DNA of 62,042 nt from Caulobacter sp. (GTDB lineage Bacteria > Pseudomonadota > Alphaproteobacteria > Caulobacterales > Caulobacteraceae), in assembly GCA_028291125.1 (NCBI GenBank), contig JAQGIN010000543.1, positions 1-62,042 on the forward strand. Direction: 5' to 3'. Shown here one piece after another: positions 8,112 through 15,992 of this stretch; within the stretch, counting starts at the first letter, position 1, and each line of letters begins with the position of its first letter. The position numbers and the translations under genes were made by a program. The notes under the pieces are model-generated. The model saw nothing but the letters and a program-made list of their open reading frames with translations. It had not been told where the DNA came from and made no database searches.

Positions 8112-9518
8112 GCTACGCGTTCCCCTTCGGCTGCATTTGCGGGGGGGGGGGGCGTCTTGGATCTCCGCCAGGAACTCGCGCTTGAAGGCGTTGAGCGCGA
8201 AGGCGTGGTCGAGGCCCTTGTTCTCGTTGAATAGGTCGTTGACGGCCGCGACCACCTCGGCGGAGGTCACGCCCGTAACCACGCCCGAGGCCTTGTCACG
8301 CGCGAAGGCGTGGCGCTTGGCCCGGTTCGGGATGCTGGCCGCCATGGCCCCCGAAATGATGTGCTCCAGCAAGAAGTGCTTGTCGTGGCTGTCGACATCG
8401 AACCCGTCGCCCTTGAGGCGCATGGTGATGGCGTGAGCTTCGATGATCACCCGGTGCGGGTCGTACAGAGACTCCAGGGCAGCGAATACGAGAGACTCGA
8501 TGTCGTCTGCGCCGGTTGGAACGCCCACGAAGTTCTTGCGCAGGATCATCTCGACGGCGGCGGGCGTAGGGCGTGCGACTTCGATCTTGAAGTCGCATCG
8601 GCCGTCGCGCAGCACGGCCTGGTCGATGACCTCGGGCCGGTTGGTGGCCAGCAGCACGAACGCGCCGCTTTCCTGCATACCGTCCATTTCGGCAAGGAAG
8701 GTCGCGACCTGGCTCTCTTCCCACGGCGCGACGCGGCGGACCCGTCCGGTGCGGTCCGGCAGCAGCACCTCGGCCTCGTCCATGAAGACCAGCAGCGGGT
8801 GGCCCTTATGGGCCTTGTACTCACGCGCATAGGTGAAGATGGCCTTGATCCGACCTTCGGTCTCGCCGACGTACATCGACTGCAGCTCTGAACCGGAAAT
8901 CGAGATGAATTCTGCGTCGCCGCTGTAGAGCCGCTTCATCTCCGATGCTGCCGCACGGGCGAACATCGTCTTGCCGCAGCCGGGCGGACCCGACAGCAGC
9001 GCGCCGCGCGGCATCTTCATGCCGTACGCCTCGTACAGCGCCTTGTGTTTGACCGGGGCCTCGATCGCGTCGCGCAGCAGGGCAAGCGCAGCGTCGTTGC
9101 CCACAATGTCGTCAAACGACTGGTCGGGCGCGGTGACGATCCAGTCTTCGACCTCTTCGCGCGCGGCCGTGAAGGCGGCGGGAACGCGGGGCTTCGCGGG
9201 CTGGGTTGGATCGGCGGCGGTGTCGCGGAAGGACGAGATCACCCGATCGCGCATCGCTTCTCTAAACATGCTGTCGTTAAAGAAGCTGTCGCCGATGACG
9301 AACTCTAGGCCTCGGCCCGAGCTGCGGGGTCTATCATTGGACATGCGGGAGGCTCCTCGCGCTGCGGTTTCTGGGTTGCACATGACGCAGCCGGGATCGC
9401 CGCAGCCGCGCAGTTGGTGTTGTTCGCGTTCGCGGCGCTGTTGCTCGCTCTCGCGCTGAACCTTGCCGCCGCTGTTGCGGGGGTCGTAGGGCGAACCCCA
9501 ACGATCGGATTTGGTCAT
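7848..9518 (-). CDS. classic AAA+ ATPase, ARC/Mpa proteasomal-ATPase-like (probably ends near 8113 if the C run is 10 or 13 long)
   Basis: GPPGCGKT, SMYVGETE pore loop, VFMDEAE, ATNRPEVID.A.LR.GR.D, ISGAM..SI.NRAK..A; ATG overlaps exonuclease stop. Confidence 0.88.
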   Translation of the reverse strand: MTKSDRWGSPYDPRNSGGKVQRESEQQRREREQHQLRGCGDPGCVMCNPETAARGASRMSNDRPRSSGRGLEFVIGDSFFNDSMFREAMRDRVISSFRDTAADPTQPAKPRVPAAFTAAREEVEDWIVTAPDQSFDDIVGNDAALALLRDAIEAPVKHKALYEAYGMKMPRGALLSGPPGCGKTMFARAAASEMKRLYSGDAEFISISGSELQSMYVGETEGRIKAIFTYAREYKAHKGHPLLVFMDEAEVLLPDRTGRVRRVAPWEESQVATFLAEMDGMQESGAFVLLATNRPEVIDQAVLRDGRCDFKIEVARPTPAAVEMILRKNFVGVPTGADDIESLVFAALESLYDPHRVIIEAHAITMRLKGDGFDVDSHDKHFLLEHIISGAMAASIPNRAKRHAFARDKASGVVTGVTSAEVVAAVNDLFNENKGLDHAFALNAFKREFLAEIQDAPPPRKCSRRGTRSMRLDRNINPDGLGKYALINLRTGQPVDDCGPNEEHEFFVIMLKDVNAGVALEAYAEAAEATDPEWAEEVRRLADRSGILSRFCKVPD

Positions 9519-10243
9519 GCCACTGTCTCCAGCAGCGGCGTGCCGGGCGCGGACAGCGTGGTGGTCGGCAGGTTTTCCAAGCCGAGCATGGCGGGGGTCG
9601 CCACTTCCCACAGCGCCCAGATCTGTTTGACGCTGTCGAAGATCGGGTCATGCGCGGCGCCGTCGGCTGGGGTCAGCTGGGGGCCTTCGCGGAGCTTGGG
9701 AAGCTTGCGCCGCAGCGTGCGGCAGTCAGTTGCGGCCCAATACTGCCACGGCACCACCTGGTCGCTGTCGGCCATCGCCGAGGTGAGGTTGCCGAGGTCG
9801 AAGACGATCCCCTGCGAATAGACCTCGGGCTGTCTGACGCAGTGGTTCTCGATCAGCGCCGACATGTGGCCGGCGATGTCGCCGACGGCGCAACGCGTAG
9901 GCTTGACGCCGCCGTGGCCGACATAGTCCGGGTCGCGGAAGTGAGCGCTGGCGGCCGGTGGCTGGGTGCGCCAGAACTTGCGGGTTTTGGGGTCGATGAT
10001 CCGTTCGGAGAACAGCTGCTCGTACGGATCGAAGACCAGCAGCAGCGGCGGACCCATGATCGGTCCGGCCAGCGTCAGGCTGAACGGCACGACGCCCTGG
10101 CTGAGCAGGAAGGCCTGCCCTGGATGCAGGGCCAAGGTTTCGATGTCGGTCATGATGGCGTCGTACCGGGGAGCCGGCGCGGCGGCCTCGGTGCGATAGG
10201 AGCCGTCCAAGATGGCGGCGACGGCGGTTTCGGAGACGGCCAT
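9515..10243 (-). CDS. DEDD/DnaQ-like 3'-5' exonuclease
   Basis: IMTDIETL, T.KFW..Q, SQGIVFD, PWQYW...DCRT, AHDPIFD. Confidence 0.8.
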   Translation of the reverse strand: MAVSETAVAAILDGSYRTEAAAPAPRYDAIMTDIETLALHPGQAFLLSQGVVPFSLTLAGPIMGPPLLLVFDPYEQLFSERIIDPKTRKFWRTQPPAASAHFRDPDYVGHGGVKPTRCAVGDIAGHMSALIENHCVRQPEVYSQGIVFDLGNLTSAMADSDQVVPWQYWAATDCRTLRRKLPKLREGPQLTPADGAAHDPIFDSVKQIWALWEVATPAMLGLENLPTTTLSAPGTPLLETVA

Positions 10244-10246
10244 AAC

Positions 10247-12043
10247 TCAAACCTCCTCGTCGGTGGAGGCGAGCATTTCGTCCTCTTCGTCTTCCTCACC
10301 GACCTGCTGTTCCGACGCGCAGCGGGGGCAGAGCAGCTCCTCGGTGGCGGTGTCGAACACTTCGGAGCACTGCTCGCACGTCCGTTCGACTTCCTCGGAT
10401 TCGTCGCCGTCATCCTCCTCGGTCGGCTCCTCGACCAGGTCGGCGCCGCTGTAGAGCGCCGCGCCGAGGGCGAAGTTGAGGGCGATGGTTTGCACACGAC
10501 GCAGGGCTTCGAATCCGGCGGCGCCGACGGCCGACAGGGTCTTGCCGGTGGCGTCGATCAGCACGAGGGACCGGAAGTCACCGTCATGGCCGACATGGAA
10601 CGGCGCGGCGAAGCCGTGCTTAGCCAGCAGCCGGCTGAAGTTGTCCTGAACGAACTTAGGCGACAGCGCCGCCTGGGCGCCGAACTCAAAGGCGCGGACG
10701 TCGGCCAGGAACGCCACGCCCTGGGCGATCTCCTCGTCGCGGCGCTTGGCGGCCTCGGCCTCATTGCGCTTGCGCAGCTTTTCGCCAGCCGCGAACGCAG
10801 CGGTCGCGGTCGCCTGCTGGGCGGCTATGGCGTCGGCGATTGCCTGCTGGGCGGGCGAGAGCGGGAAGGGTTCGTTCAGCCACGGCGGCAGGCGCTTGCC
10901 GTCAGTGTCGGCCTGCTCGGCCGCGTCGGACCCGACGACGGCGGCGCGATAGGCCAGCAGGGCGCCGGGGCGCGTGGCCGGGTTCAGGATCTCGGCCATG
11001 GTGGCGTTGATCTGCTTCCAGGCTTGATCGCTGGCGACCTTGACGCGGAAGTGGGGCTGTTCGTCCTCGGGCGGCAGCACGATCAGCAGCTCGCGCGTCA
11101 CGAGGTCGGAAAGAACGGCGTCCTCTTCGACGTCGCCCGCGCACAACGCTTCTCGCCAGGACGCCGCCCATTCGCCGTCCTCGACGGTGGCGCTGATCAC
11201 CTCGGCCAAGACCAAGGCCTCGGCGGGCGTCAGGTCGACAGGCTCGGACCGGTTGGCCAGCGCCCTGCGGGCGTCGCTGAGAGACAAGGTGCCGTCTTCC
11301 AGACGGGCGCGTTCGCTGGACGTCAGTTTCAGCAGACGGATGCGCTGCTGCACATATTCGCGGCTCTTCTTCTTCGCCAAGTCGGCGACCTCGGCCGTGG
11401 TCAGGCCCTCGCTCTTGACCAAGTGGTCGAAGGCCTCGGCCTCTTCCAGCGGGGTCAGGTCGTCGCGCTGGATGTTCTCGAGTAGGGCGGCGAGGCGGTG
11501 GCCCTTGTCGTCCATTTCCTCTACCAGGACGCGGATCGGGAAGTCGGCCGGCAACAGGCCGCGTTCGATCGCCAGACCGATGGCGCGCCAGCGGCGCTCG
11601 CCCGCGATCAGCTGGTGGCTGATGGCGTCGCCGACCAGGGCGCGCGCGTGAAGGTTGGTCTTGAGGCCGCGCGCCGCGATATCCTCAACCAGTTCTTCCA
11701 TCTTCACCGGGTCGAAGCGCTTGCGCGGGTTCAGCGAGCCGATGTGGATCTGATCGTGCCGCAATAGCATGATGCCCTCGGCGTCGCGAACCGGGTTCGC
11801 ATCGGCCGGGCGCTGCGCAGCGTCGATAGCGGCGAGGGCGGCGACACCGGCCGGGGCCAGGGTGATCTGCGCGCCGTCGCGTAGGATCAGGCCGCCCTTG
11901 GTGTAGGTGGCCAGATCGCGGCTGATGTTCTTCGCCGAGCGGCCCGCCTTTTCGGCGAGGTCGGCGGGGCCGGTGAAGTCGCCCGACGCGATGACGCGCA
12001 GCAGCGGCTCGGCGGTGACAGCAAGCGGAGTCAGGGCGTTCAT
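10247..12043 (-). CDS. ParB/RepB/Spo0J family protein with extra N-terminal HTH, C-terminal Zn ribbon and acidic tail
   Basis: NPRKRFD, LIAGERRWRA, ENIQRDDL.PLEEA, HTH (TTAEVADLAKKKSREYVQQRIRLL), CEQC...CPRC. Confidence 0.9.
   Translation of the reverse strand: MNALTPLAVTAEPLLRVIASGDFTGPADLAEKAGRSAKNISRDLATYTKGGLILRDGAQITLAPAGVAALAAIDAAQRPADANPVRDAEGIMLLRHDQIHIGSLNPRKRFDPVKMEELVEDIAARGLKTNLHARALVGDAISHQLIAGERRWRAIGLAIERGLLPADFPIRVLVEEMDDKGHRLAALLENIQRDDLTPLEEAEAFDHLVKSEGLTTAEVADLAKKKSREYVQQRIRLLKLTSSERARLEDGTLSLSDARRALANRSEPVDLTPAEALVLAEVISATVEDGEWAASWREALCAGDVEEDAVLSDLVTRELLIVLPPEDEQPHFRVKVASDQAWKQINATMAEILNPATRPGALLAYRAAVVGSDAAEQADTDGKRLPPWLNEPFPLSPAQQAIADAIAAQQATATAAFAAGEKLRKRNEAEAAKRRDEEIAQGVAFLADVRAFEFGAQAALSPKFVQDNFSRLLAKHGFAAPFHVGHDGDFRSLVLIDATGKTLSAVGAAGFEALRRVQTIALNFALGAALYSGADLVEEPTEEDDGDESEEVERTCEQCSEVFDTATEELLCPRCASEQQVGEEDEEDEMLASTDEEV
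11786..11800. repeat. dispersed palindrome copy 2 GCGAACCGGGTTCGC (inside parB)
   Basis: Perfect 7-1-7 palindrome. Confidence 0.88.
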
Positions 12044-12128
12044 CGACTCGGTATCCTGATTTTGGGGGTGGTTGGCGCCCGGCGGCCCATGCCTGCCGGG
12101 CGCGGCCACGAGGGCCTAGAGGTGAGGG

Positions 12129-12965
12129 TTACGAGCCGAGCGTACCGAAGACGGCGAGGCGTTCGGTGCGATCGGCGGCCGTCAGAACGTGCTGCTTGAA
12201 CACGGCTTGTCGCACCTGCTCGGCGCGGTGCAGGGCGATGCCCAGCAGCAGCTGGCCGTCCTCCAGCTTCCAGCGCAGGAAGGCGCCGAGTTCGGTGTCG
12301 CTGTCGCCGAAATAGACCGGCAGGCCGAGCACGAACTTGGACGGCAGCTCAAGCCCGCCCTTGCGCGAACTGGCGGTCGTTTCGTCGGTGTATTCGAAGT
12401 TCTCGTTGTCCGACGCGGTGCGCACAGCCTTGGTGAAGTTGACCTTGCGGTTGGCCTGGATGTCGCGGCAGGCCTCCAGCAGATCGGCTCCAGCCGGAGC
12501 CTTGATGTCGGCGGCGTTTTCTTCGAGGAACCGCGCGAACTCCAGCTGCGGGAACAGCTTGTTGTCGATGGCGGTCCAGATCTTCCACTCGACCGAGTAG
12601 GGCAGCGTCAGCACCGCCGCGTGCGCGGCGTGACCCGGCGCGGTCGGGGCGTGGTAGTCGATCACGGCGCGGATGGTGTTGGTCGTGATGTTGGCGACCA
12701 GCACCGTTTCCTCGGTCTTGAAGCGCTGCACGTACTCGGTCAGGGAGTCGAGCGTCTGCAGGGTGATGGTTTGGCCGATGTGGTCGGGCAGCAGCGGCGC
12801 CACGGCGTTGGCCAGGGTGATTTCCGTCGCCTTCATGCCCTGCGGCACGACCAAAAAGCGGTGGCCATCCTTGGTCTCGATGATGGTCGCTTCCTTGGCG
12901 TCGGCGGCGGCGAGCGCCAGCGTGGCGATCATTCCGGCCTCGGTGTCGGTGTTCGGTTGTTCCAT
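12129..12965 (-). CDS. DUF2303 (YfdQ-like) family protein
   Basis: SL..YV.RFK, AVIDYH, S.EWK.W, QLEFARFLEEN, LP..F.L.LPVY.G. Confidence 0.82.
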   Translation of the reverse strand: MEQPNTDTEAGMIATLALAAADAKEATIIETKDGHRFLVVPQGMKATEITLANAVAPLLPDHIGQTITLQTLDSLTEYVQRFKTEETVLVANITTNTIRAVIDYHAPTAPGHAAHAAVLTLPYSVEWKIWTAIDNKLFPQLEFARFLEENAADIKAPAGADLLEACRDIQANRKVNFTKAVRTASDNENFEYTDETTASSRKGGLELPSKFVLGLPVYFGDSDTELGAFLRWKLEDGQLLLGIALHRAEQVRQAVFKQHVLTAADRTERLAVFGTLGS

Positions 12966-13019
12966 GGTCAGTCTCGTTCTCTCTGCGGGTGAAGGTGGGG
13001 AAGGCGGGGCGCGCGTGCG

Positions 13020-13364
13020 CTAGCCGGCGCCGCGAACGGGCGGCACGTACGGCACCGAGGTGTCGGCGACGGGCGCGAGCGCCAGTTCCTTTTGATTGGG
13101 GTCGTTGCGGACCAGGCCGCCGTCCTCGGTGATGAAGAAGACGCCTTCCGGCAGGTCGTCGCGTGGGATCTTGCTCTCGACGCTGGCGGCCATCGTGACC
13201 TGGTAGCTGTCGCCCTTGCGGGGCGAGATTTTCAGCTTGAGGGTCAGGGTGCCGGCCTTGCCGGTTTCCTTGACGGCGGCCGTGACTTCGGAAAGCCGCT
13301 CGGTCAGCTCCTCGACGACGCGACCCTTGCGGATCTGGCCGAGCAGGATGGTGAATATTTCCAT
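13020..13364 (-). CDS. small conserved partner of DUF2303 (YfdP-like)
   Basis: AV.ETGKAG.LTL.LKI.P...FF.T.DG.L.R.DP.Q. Confidence 0.75.
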   Translation of the reverse strand: MEIFTILLGQIRKGRVVEELTERLSEVTAAVKETGKAGTLTLKLKISPRKGDSYQVTMAASVESKIPRDDLPEGVFFITEDGGLVRNDPNQKELALAPVADTSVPYVPPVRGAG

Positions 13365-13375
13365 GGGTGGTCCTT

Positions 13376-13492
13376 TCAGTTGAAGTAGACGAGGGCCGCG
13401 ACGGCGAAGCCGAGCAGCAGGGCGATGGCGGAGGCGGCGGCCTCGCGCGCGTCGTCGGTGAAGAACCGGCCGCGCCGGTGGCGGCGGCTCAC
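13376..13492 (-). CDS. 38-aa single-TM peptide
   Basis: GTG overlaps upstream stop; hydrophobic C-terminus AIALLLGFAVAALVYF. Confidence 0.5.
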   Translation of the reverse strand: MSRRHRRGRFFTDDAREAAASAIALLLGFAVAALVYFN

Positions 13493-13629
13493 GGCAGCAC
13501 CTTGGCGGGCAGCTGGGCGAGGAGGTGGGCGAGGCCGCCGACGACCGCGCCGACGCCGATCAGGGCGAACACCCAGACGAGGGCACCGACGACGAACATC
13601 CACGCGCCGGGCAGCTTGGCGTTGTCCAT
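13489..13629 (-). CDS. 46-aa membrane peptide
   Basis: MDNAKLPGAWMFVVGALVWVFALIGVGAVVGGLAHLL; tightly coupled to neighbours. Confidence 0.55.
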   Translation of the reverse strand: MDNAKLPGAWMFVVGALVWVFALIGVGAVVGGLAHLLAQLPAKVLP

Positions 13630-13630
13630 T

Positions 13631-14023
13631 TCAGCAGCCCTCGCGCTTGAGAGCGGCCAGGGCCTTGCGGACCTCGTCGAAGGTCAGGCCCTCGGTGACG
13701 ATCGCCAGGATGTGCAGCGGTCCCTCGCCGGCGGCCTGCTGGGTGAGGCGGATTTCGATGTCCTGAGGGCTCGCGCCTTGAACGGCCTGCACCGACCCGG
13801 CGTCGCGCCCGAAGCGCGGAAGGAATGCCGCCATCGCGTCAAATGGCGTCGAGTTCGGGCGCGTCACCCAGCCTTGCTGGCGTGCCTCGCGGGTCAGGTG
13901 GATGACCACCTCGCGCTTGCGCGCCATTTCCTCGGGCGTGGCGTGTGGCGGGAGCAGAGGCGCCCGCGTCGGGTTGCGGTCTCCCGAGGGGGCGAAGAGC
14001 GGAATTTGACGGGCGGCGGTCAC
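13631..14023 (-). CDS. hypothetical phage protein
   Basis: 130-aa ORF coupled to neighbours in the leftward early operon. Confidence 0.6.
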   Translation of the reverse strand: MTAARQIPLFAPSGDRNPTRAPLLPPHATPEEMARKREVVIHLTREARQQGWVTRPNSTPFDAMAAFLPRFGRDAGSVQAVQGASPQDIEIRLTQQAAGEGPLHILAIVTEGLTFDEVRKALAALKREGC

Positions 14024-14130
14024 AGCCCGGCCCCCAGGGCCAAGACCACGACCAGGAAGCCGGCCCAGGCGCAGAGGCCGTCAGGGCAAATGGCGAACCG
14101 GGTTCGCGAGGGGTGGGGGTTTTGGCGCAT
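14020..14130 (-). CDS. 36-aa membrane peptide, first gene of leftward operon
   Basis: GGAG RBS; MRQNPHPSRTRFAICPDGLCAWAGFLVVVLALGAGL. Confidence 0.5.
   Translation of the reverse strand: MRQNPHPSRTRFAICPDGLCAWAGFLVVVLALGAGL
14093..14107. repeat. dispersed palindrome copy 3 GCGAACCGGGTTCGC
   Basis: Perfect 7-1-7 palindrome just downstream of PL. Confidence 0.88.
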
Positions 14131-14160
14131 CGGCCGGCTCCGTCTTGGTGACGGGCGGCA

Positions 14161-14236
14161 AGTTCGACAATATCGAACTATCTGTCAATCGGTAAGTTCG
14201 ACAATATCGAACTGACTAGTTCGAGAAGGTCGGGCG
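14161..14236 (-). promoter_or_regulatory. leftward early promoter PL (TTGACA at 14188-14183) with operators AGTTCGA-caata-TCGAACT at 14161-14179 and 14195-14213, and a degenerate copy at 14218
   Basis: Two identical 19-bp inverted repeats flank a perfect -35 box. Confidence 0.85.
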
Positions 14237-14283
14237 TCTGCCAACGCCGATTCGCGACGGCCGACGCTGCGCGGATATGGCGC

Positions 14284-14616
14284 CTACTTCTTGGGTGGGT
14301 CGGTAGGCTCGGGCGGTTCGGCAAACCCAGGCGTGCTCTCGGCGACGATGGCGGCTGCGGTGCGCTTGAGGTTGCGAATGCTCATTGCCGTCGTCGGCGG
14401 CATGAGAAGTTCGTAGGGTTCGATCTCAAGCCAGGGGGCGAGCACATCCACCAGCGCCTGGCTGTACGGCTGGCCGTTGTAGACCTCGTTCGCCTTGCCC
14501 TTTGACCAGCCGAGGTCGCGCTGCATATCGGCCTGGCGCTTGCCGCGAAACGCCATCCATTCGCGCAGCCGCCAACCGTGTGAAAATTCCCGAGGTTTCA
14601 AGCTGGTGTTCGACAT
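14284..14616 (-). CDS. CI-like XRE/HTH repressor without S24 peptidase domain
   Basis: WRLREWMAFRGKRQADMQRDLGWSKGKANEVYNG...LEIEPYELL; divergent from cro-like gene. Confidence 0.8.
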   Translation of the reverse strand: MSNTSLKPREFSHGWRLREWMAFRGKRQADMQRDLGWSKGKANEVYNGQPYSQALVDVLAPWLEIEPYELLMPPTTAMSIRNLKRTAAAIVAESTPGFAEPPEPTDPPKK

Positions 14617-14675
14617 GTTCAGAGTGTGCCGGGGATGGCGATACGCGTCGTCTGGGTAAAGTCGGGCTTCTTGGC

Positions 14676-14703
14676 TTGACAAAAAGTTCGACATTCTCGA
14701 ACT
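14676..14703 (+). promoter_or_regulatory. rightward early promoter PR (TTGACA 14676-14681) with operator AGTTCGAcattcTCGAACT 14685-14703
   Basis: Same operator/-35 geometry as PL; predicted +1 coincides with the cro ATG (leaderless). Confidence 0.85.
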
Positions 14704-14710
14704 ATGCGGC

Positions 14711-14944
14711 ATGGACATCGCCGCCCTCCGTCTTGAGCTGAAGCTCACACAGCAGGCCTTTGGCCAATTGATTGGCCTGTCGAGCAAGGGCCACGTCAGC
14801 CAGCTGGAGCGGGGCGAACTCCCCTGCTCGATCGACGTGGCCTTGATGATCGAACGGCTGTCGGGCGGTCGGATTCCCGCCGACGATCTCAATTCCGATG
14901 TGGCGCGCGTGCGGCGCGCGACGCGGGAACTGGTGGCGGCATGA
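14711..14944 (+). CDS. Cro-like HTH protein
   Basis: LRLELKLTQQAFGQLIGLSSKGHVSQLERG...ALMIERLSGG.I.ADDL. Confidence 0.88.
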   Translation: MDIAALRLELKLTQQAFGQLIGLSSKGHVSQLERGELPCSIDVALMIERLSGGRIPADDLNSDVARVRRATRELVAA

Positions 14945-14948
14945 TGGG

Positions 14949-15248
14949 CTATTTCCCCGCCCGTTCGCAGGCCATCCGACATGCGGCGCACCGTGACCGG
15001 AGGAGCGCTTGCGCATCGCGCTCAGCTTGGGCGACCTCGGGAACGGCAAATCGCAGCTGGTTGGCGACGTCGTCACTGCTGTGCAGCTCATCGGTCACGC
15101 TGCCGACGAAGGCTGAGCAAGCGCGCGGGCCGTTGTTCAGCGCGGCCGTGCAGGCGCGGTCGACCAAGACAAGATACGCGACCAGCAGGTCCGGCCTCTC
15201 CATGTCCGGTTGTTCCGAACCCTGCTCCACAAACACGTCTTCGGCCAT
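14949..15248 (-). CDS. hypothetical protein, antisense to the early right operon
   Basis: Protein-like 99-aa ORF MAEDVFVEQG...; converges on cro stop. Confidence 0.45.
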   Translation of the reverse strand: MAEDVFVEQGSEQPDMERPDLLVAYLVLVDRACTAALNNGPRACSAFVGSVTDELHSSDDVANQLRFAVPEVAQAERDAQALLRSRCAACRMACERAGK

Positions 15249-15485
15249 TCTGCGCGCCCCCAATGAGGCCTGCATGTGCGCCGGTGGGTGCGACAAAGAC
15301 GGTCGCACGGCCGTTAATCTTTGGGCGATTTCCCGTGACGAATGGTCCGAATCGTTTGCGGCCGGCGGTCGTGATGGCGCGACCGGCTTTGGCTTGGCCG
15401 GCCACAAGTCTCTGACGCTGAAAAGAACGTTTGACACGTTGATGTCCCCCACTGCCCGCTATGGGCGAGTAGAGGGGACGCGGCG

Positions 15486-15734
15486 TCAAGGGGCCTTCGA
15501 CCGGGCCAGGGCGTCGAAGATCGACTGCACGAAGGGCAAGGCGCGCTTGGTGGCGCATTCCGCGCCGTCCTGCGGCAAGGCCTCGCGGGCGTCGTTGATC
15601 TGCCTGAGCAGGTTCATCGCGAAGGCGTCCCGGCGCGCGCGAGGCTCGTCGGCCAGGAACGCCGCCACGATCATGCTGAGCGCCACGAACTCGGGTGACG
15701 GGCCGTCGTCGGTTGAGGAATGGTCGGGCATCAC
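15486..15734 (-). CDS. hypothetical protein, antisense to the early right operon
   Basis: 82-aa helical ORF with GAGGG RBS. Confidence 0.55.
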   Translation of the reverse strand: MMPDHSSTDDGPSPEFVALSMIVAAFLADEPRARRDAFAMNLLRQINDAREALPQDGAECATKRALPFVQSIFDALARSKAP

Positions 15735-15866
15735 GCCCTCTTACAGTCCCGGTGTTGAAATTATACGGCCCAGCTTCCCCAGGTTGCGGGCGGCCCATTG
15801 TCGCGTCCATCTGCCCCCAGCCGGGCCAGATGGGGTTCCGCGAGAACCCGAAAACGTGCGTCGGGC

Positions 15867-15881
15867 GCGAACCGTGTTCGC
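15867..15881. repeat. dispersed palindrome copy 4 GCGAACCGTGTTCGC (intergenic, upstream of cII-like gene)
   Basis: Matches GCGAAC-N3-GTTCGC. Confidence 0.85.
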
Positions 15882-15992
15882 GTCGGCGGCTGCGCTCGGC
15901 GGCAAGATCCCGGCTGTTCATGCGGACACCCTGCGGCAGCATGCCGCAGGCGTCACCCCAAAGGCGCGGTCCGGTTTTGGGGGGGCGCGGCG

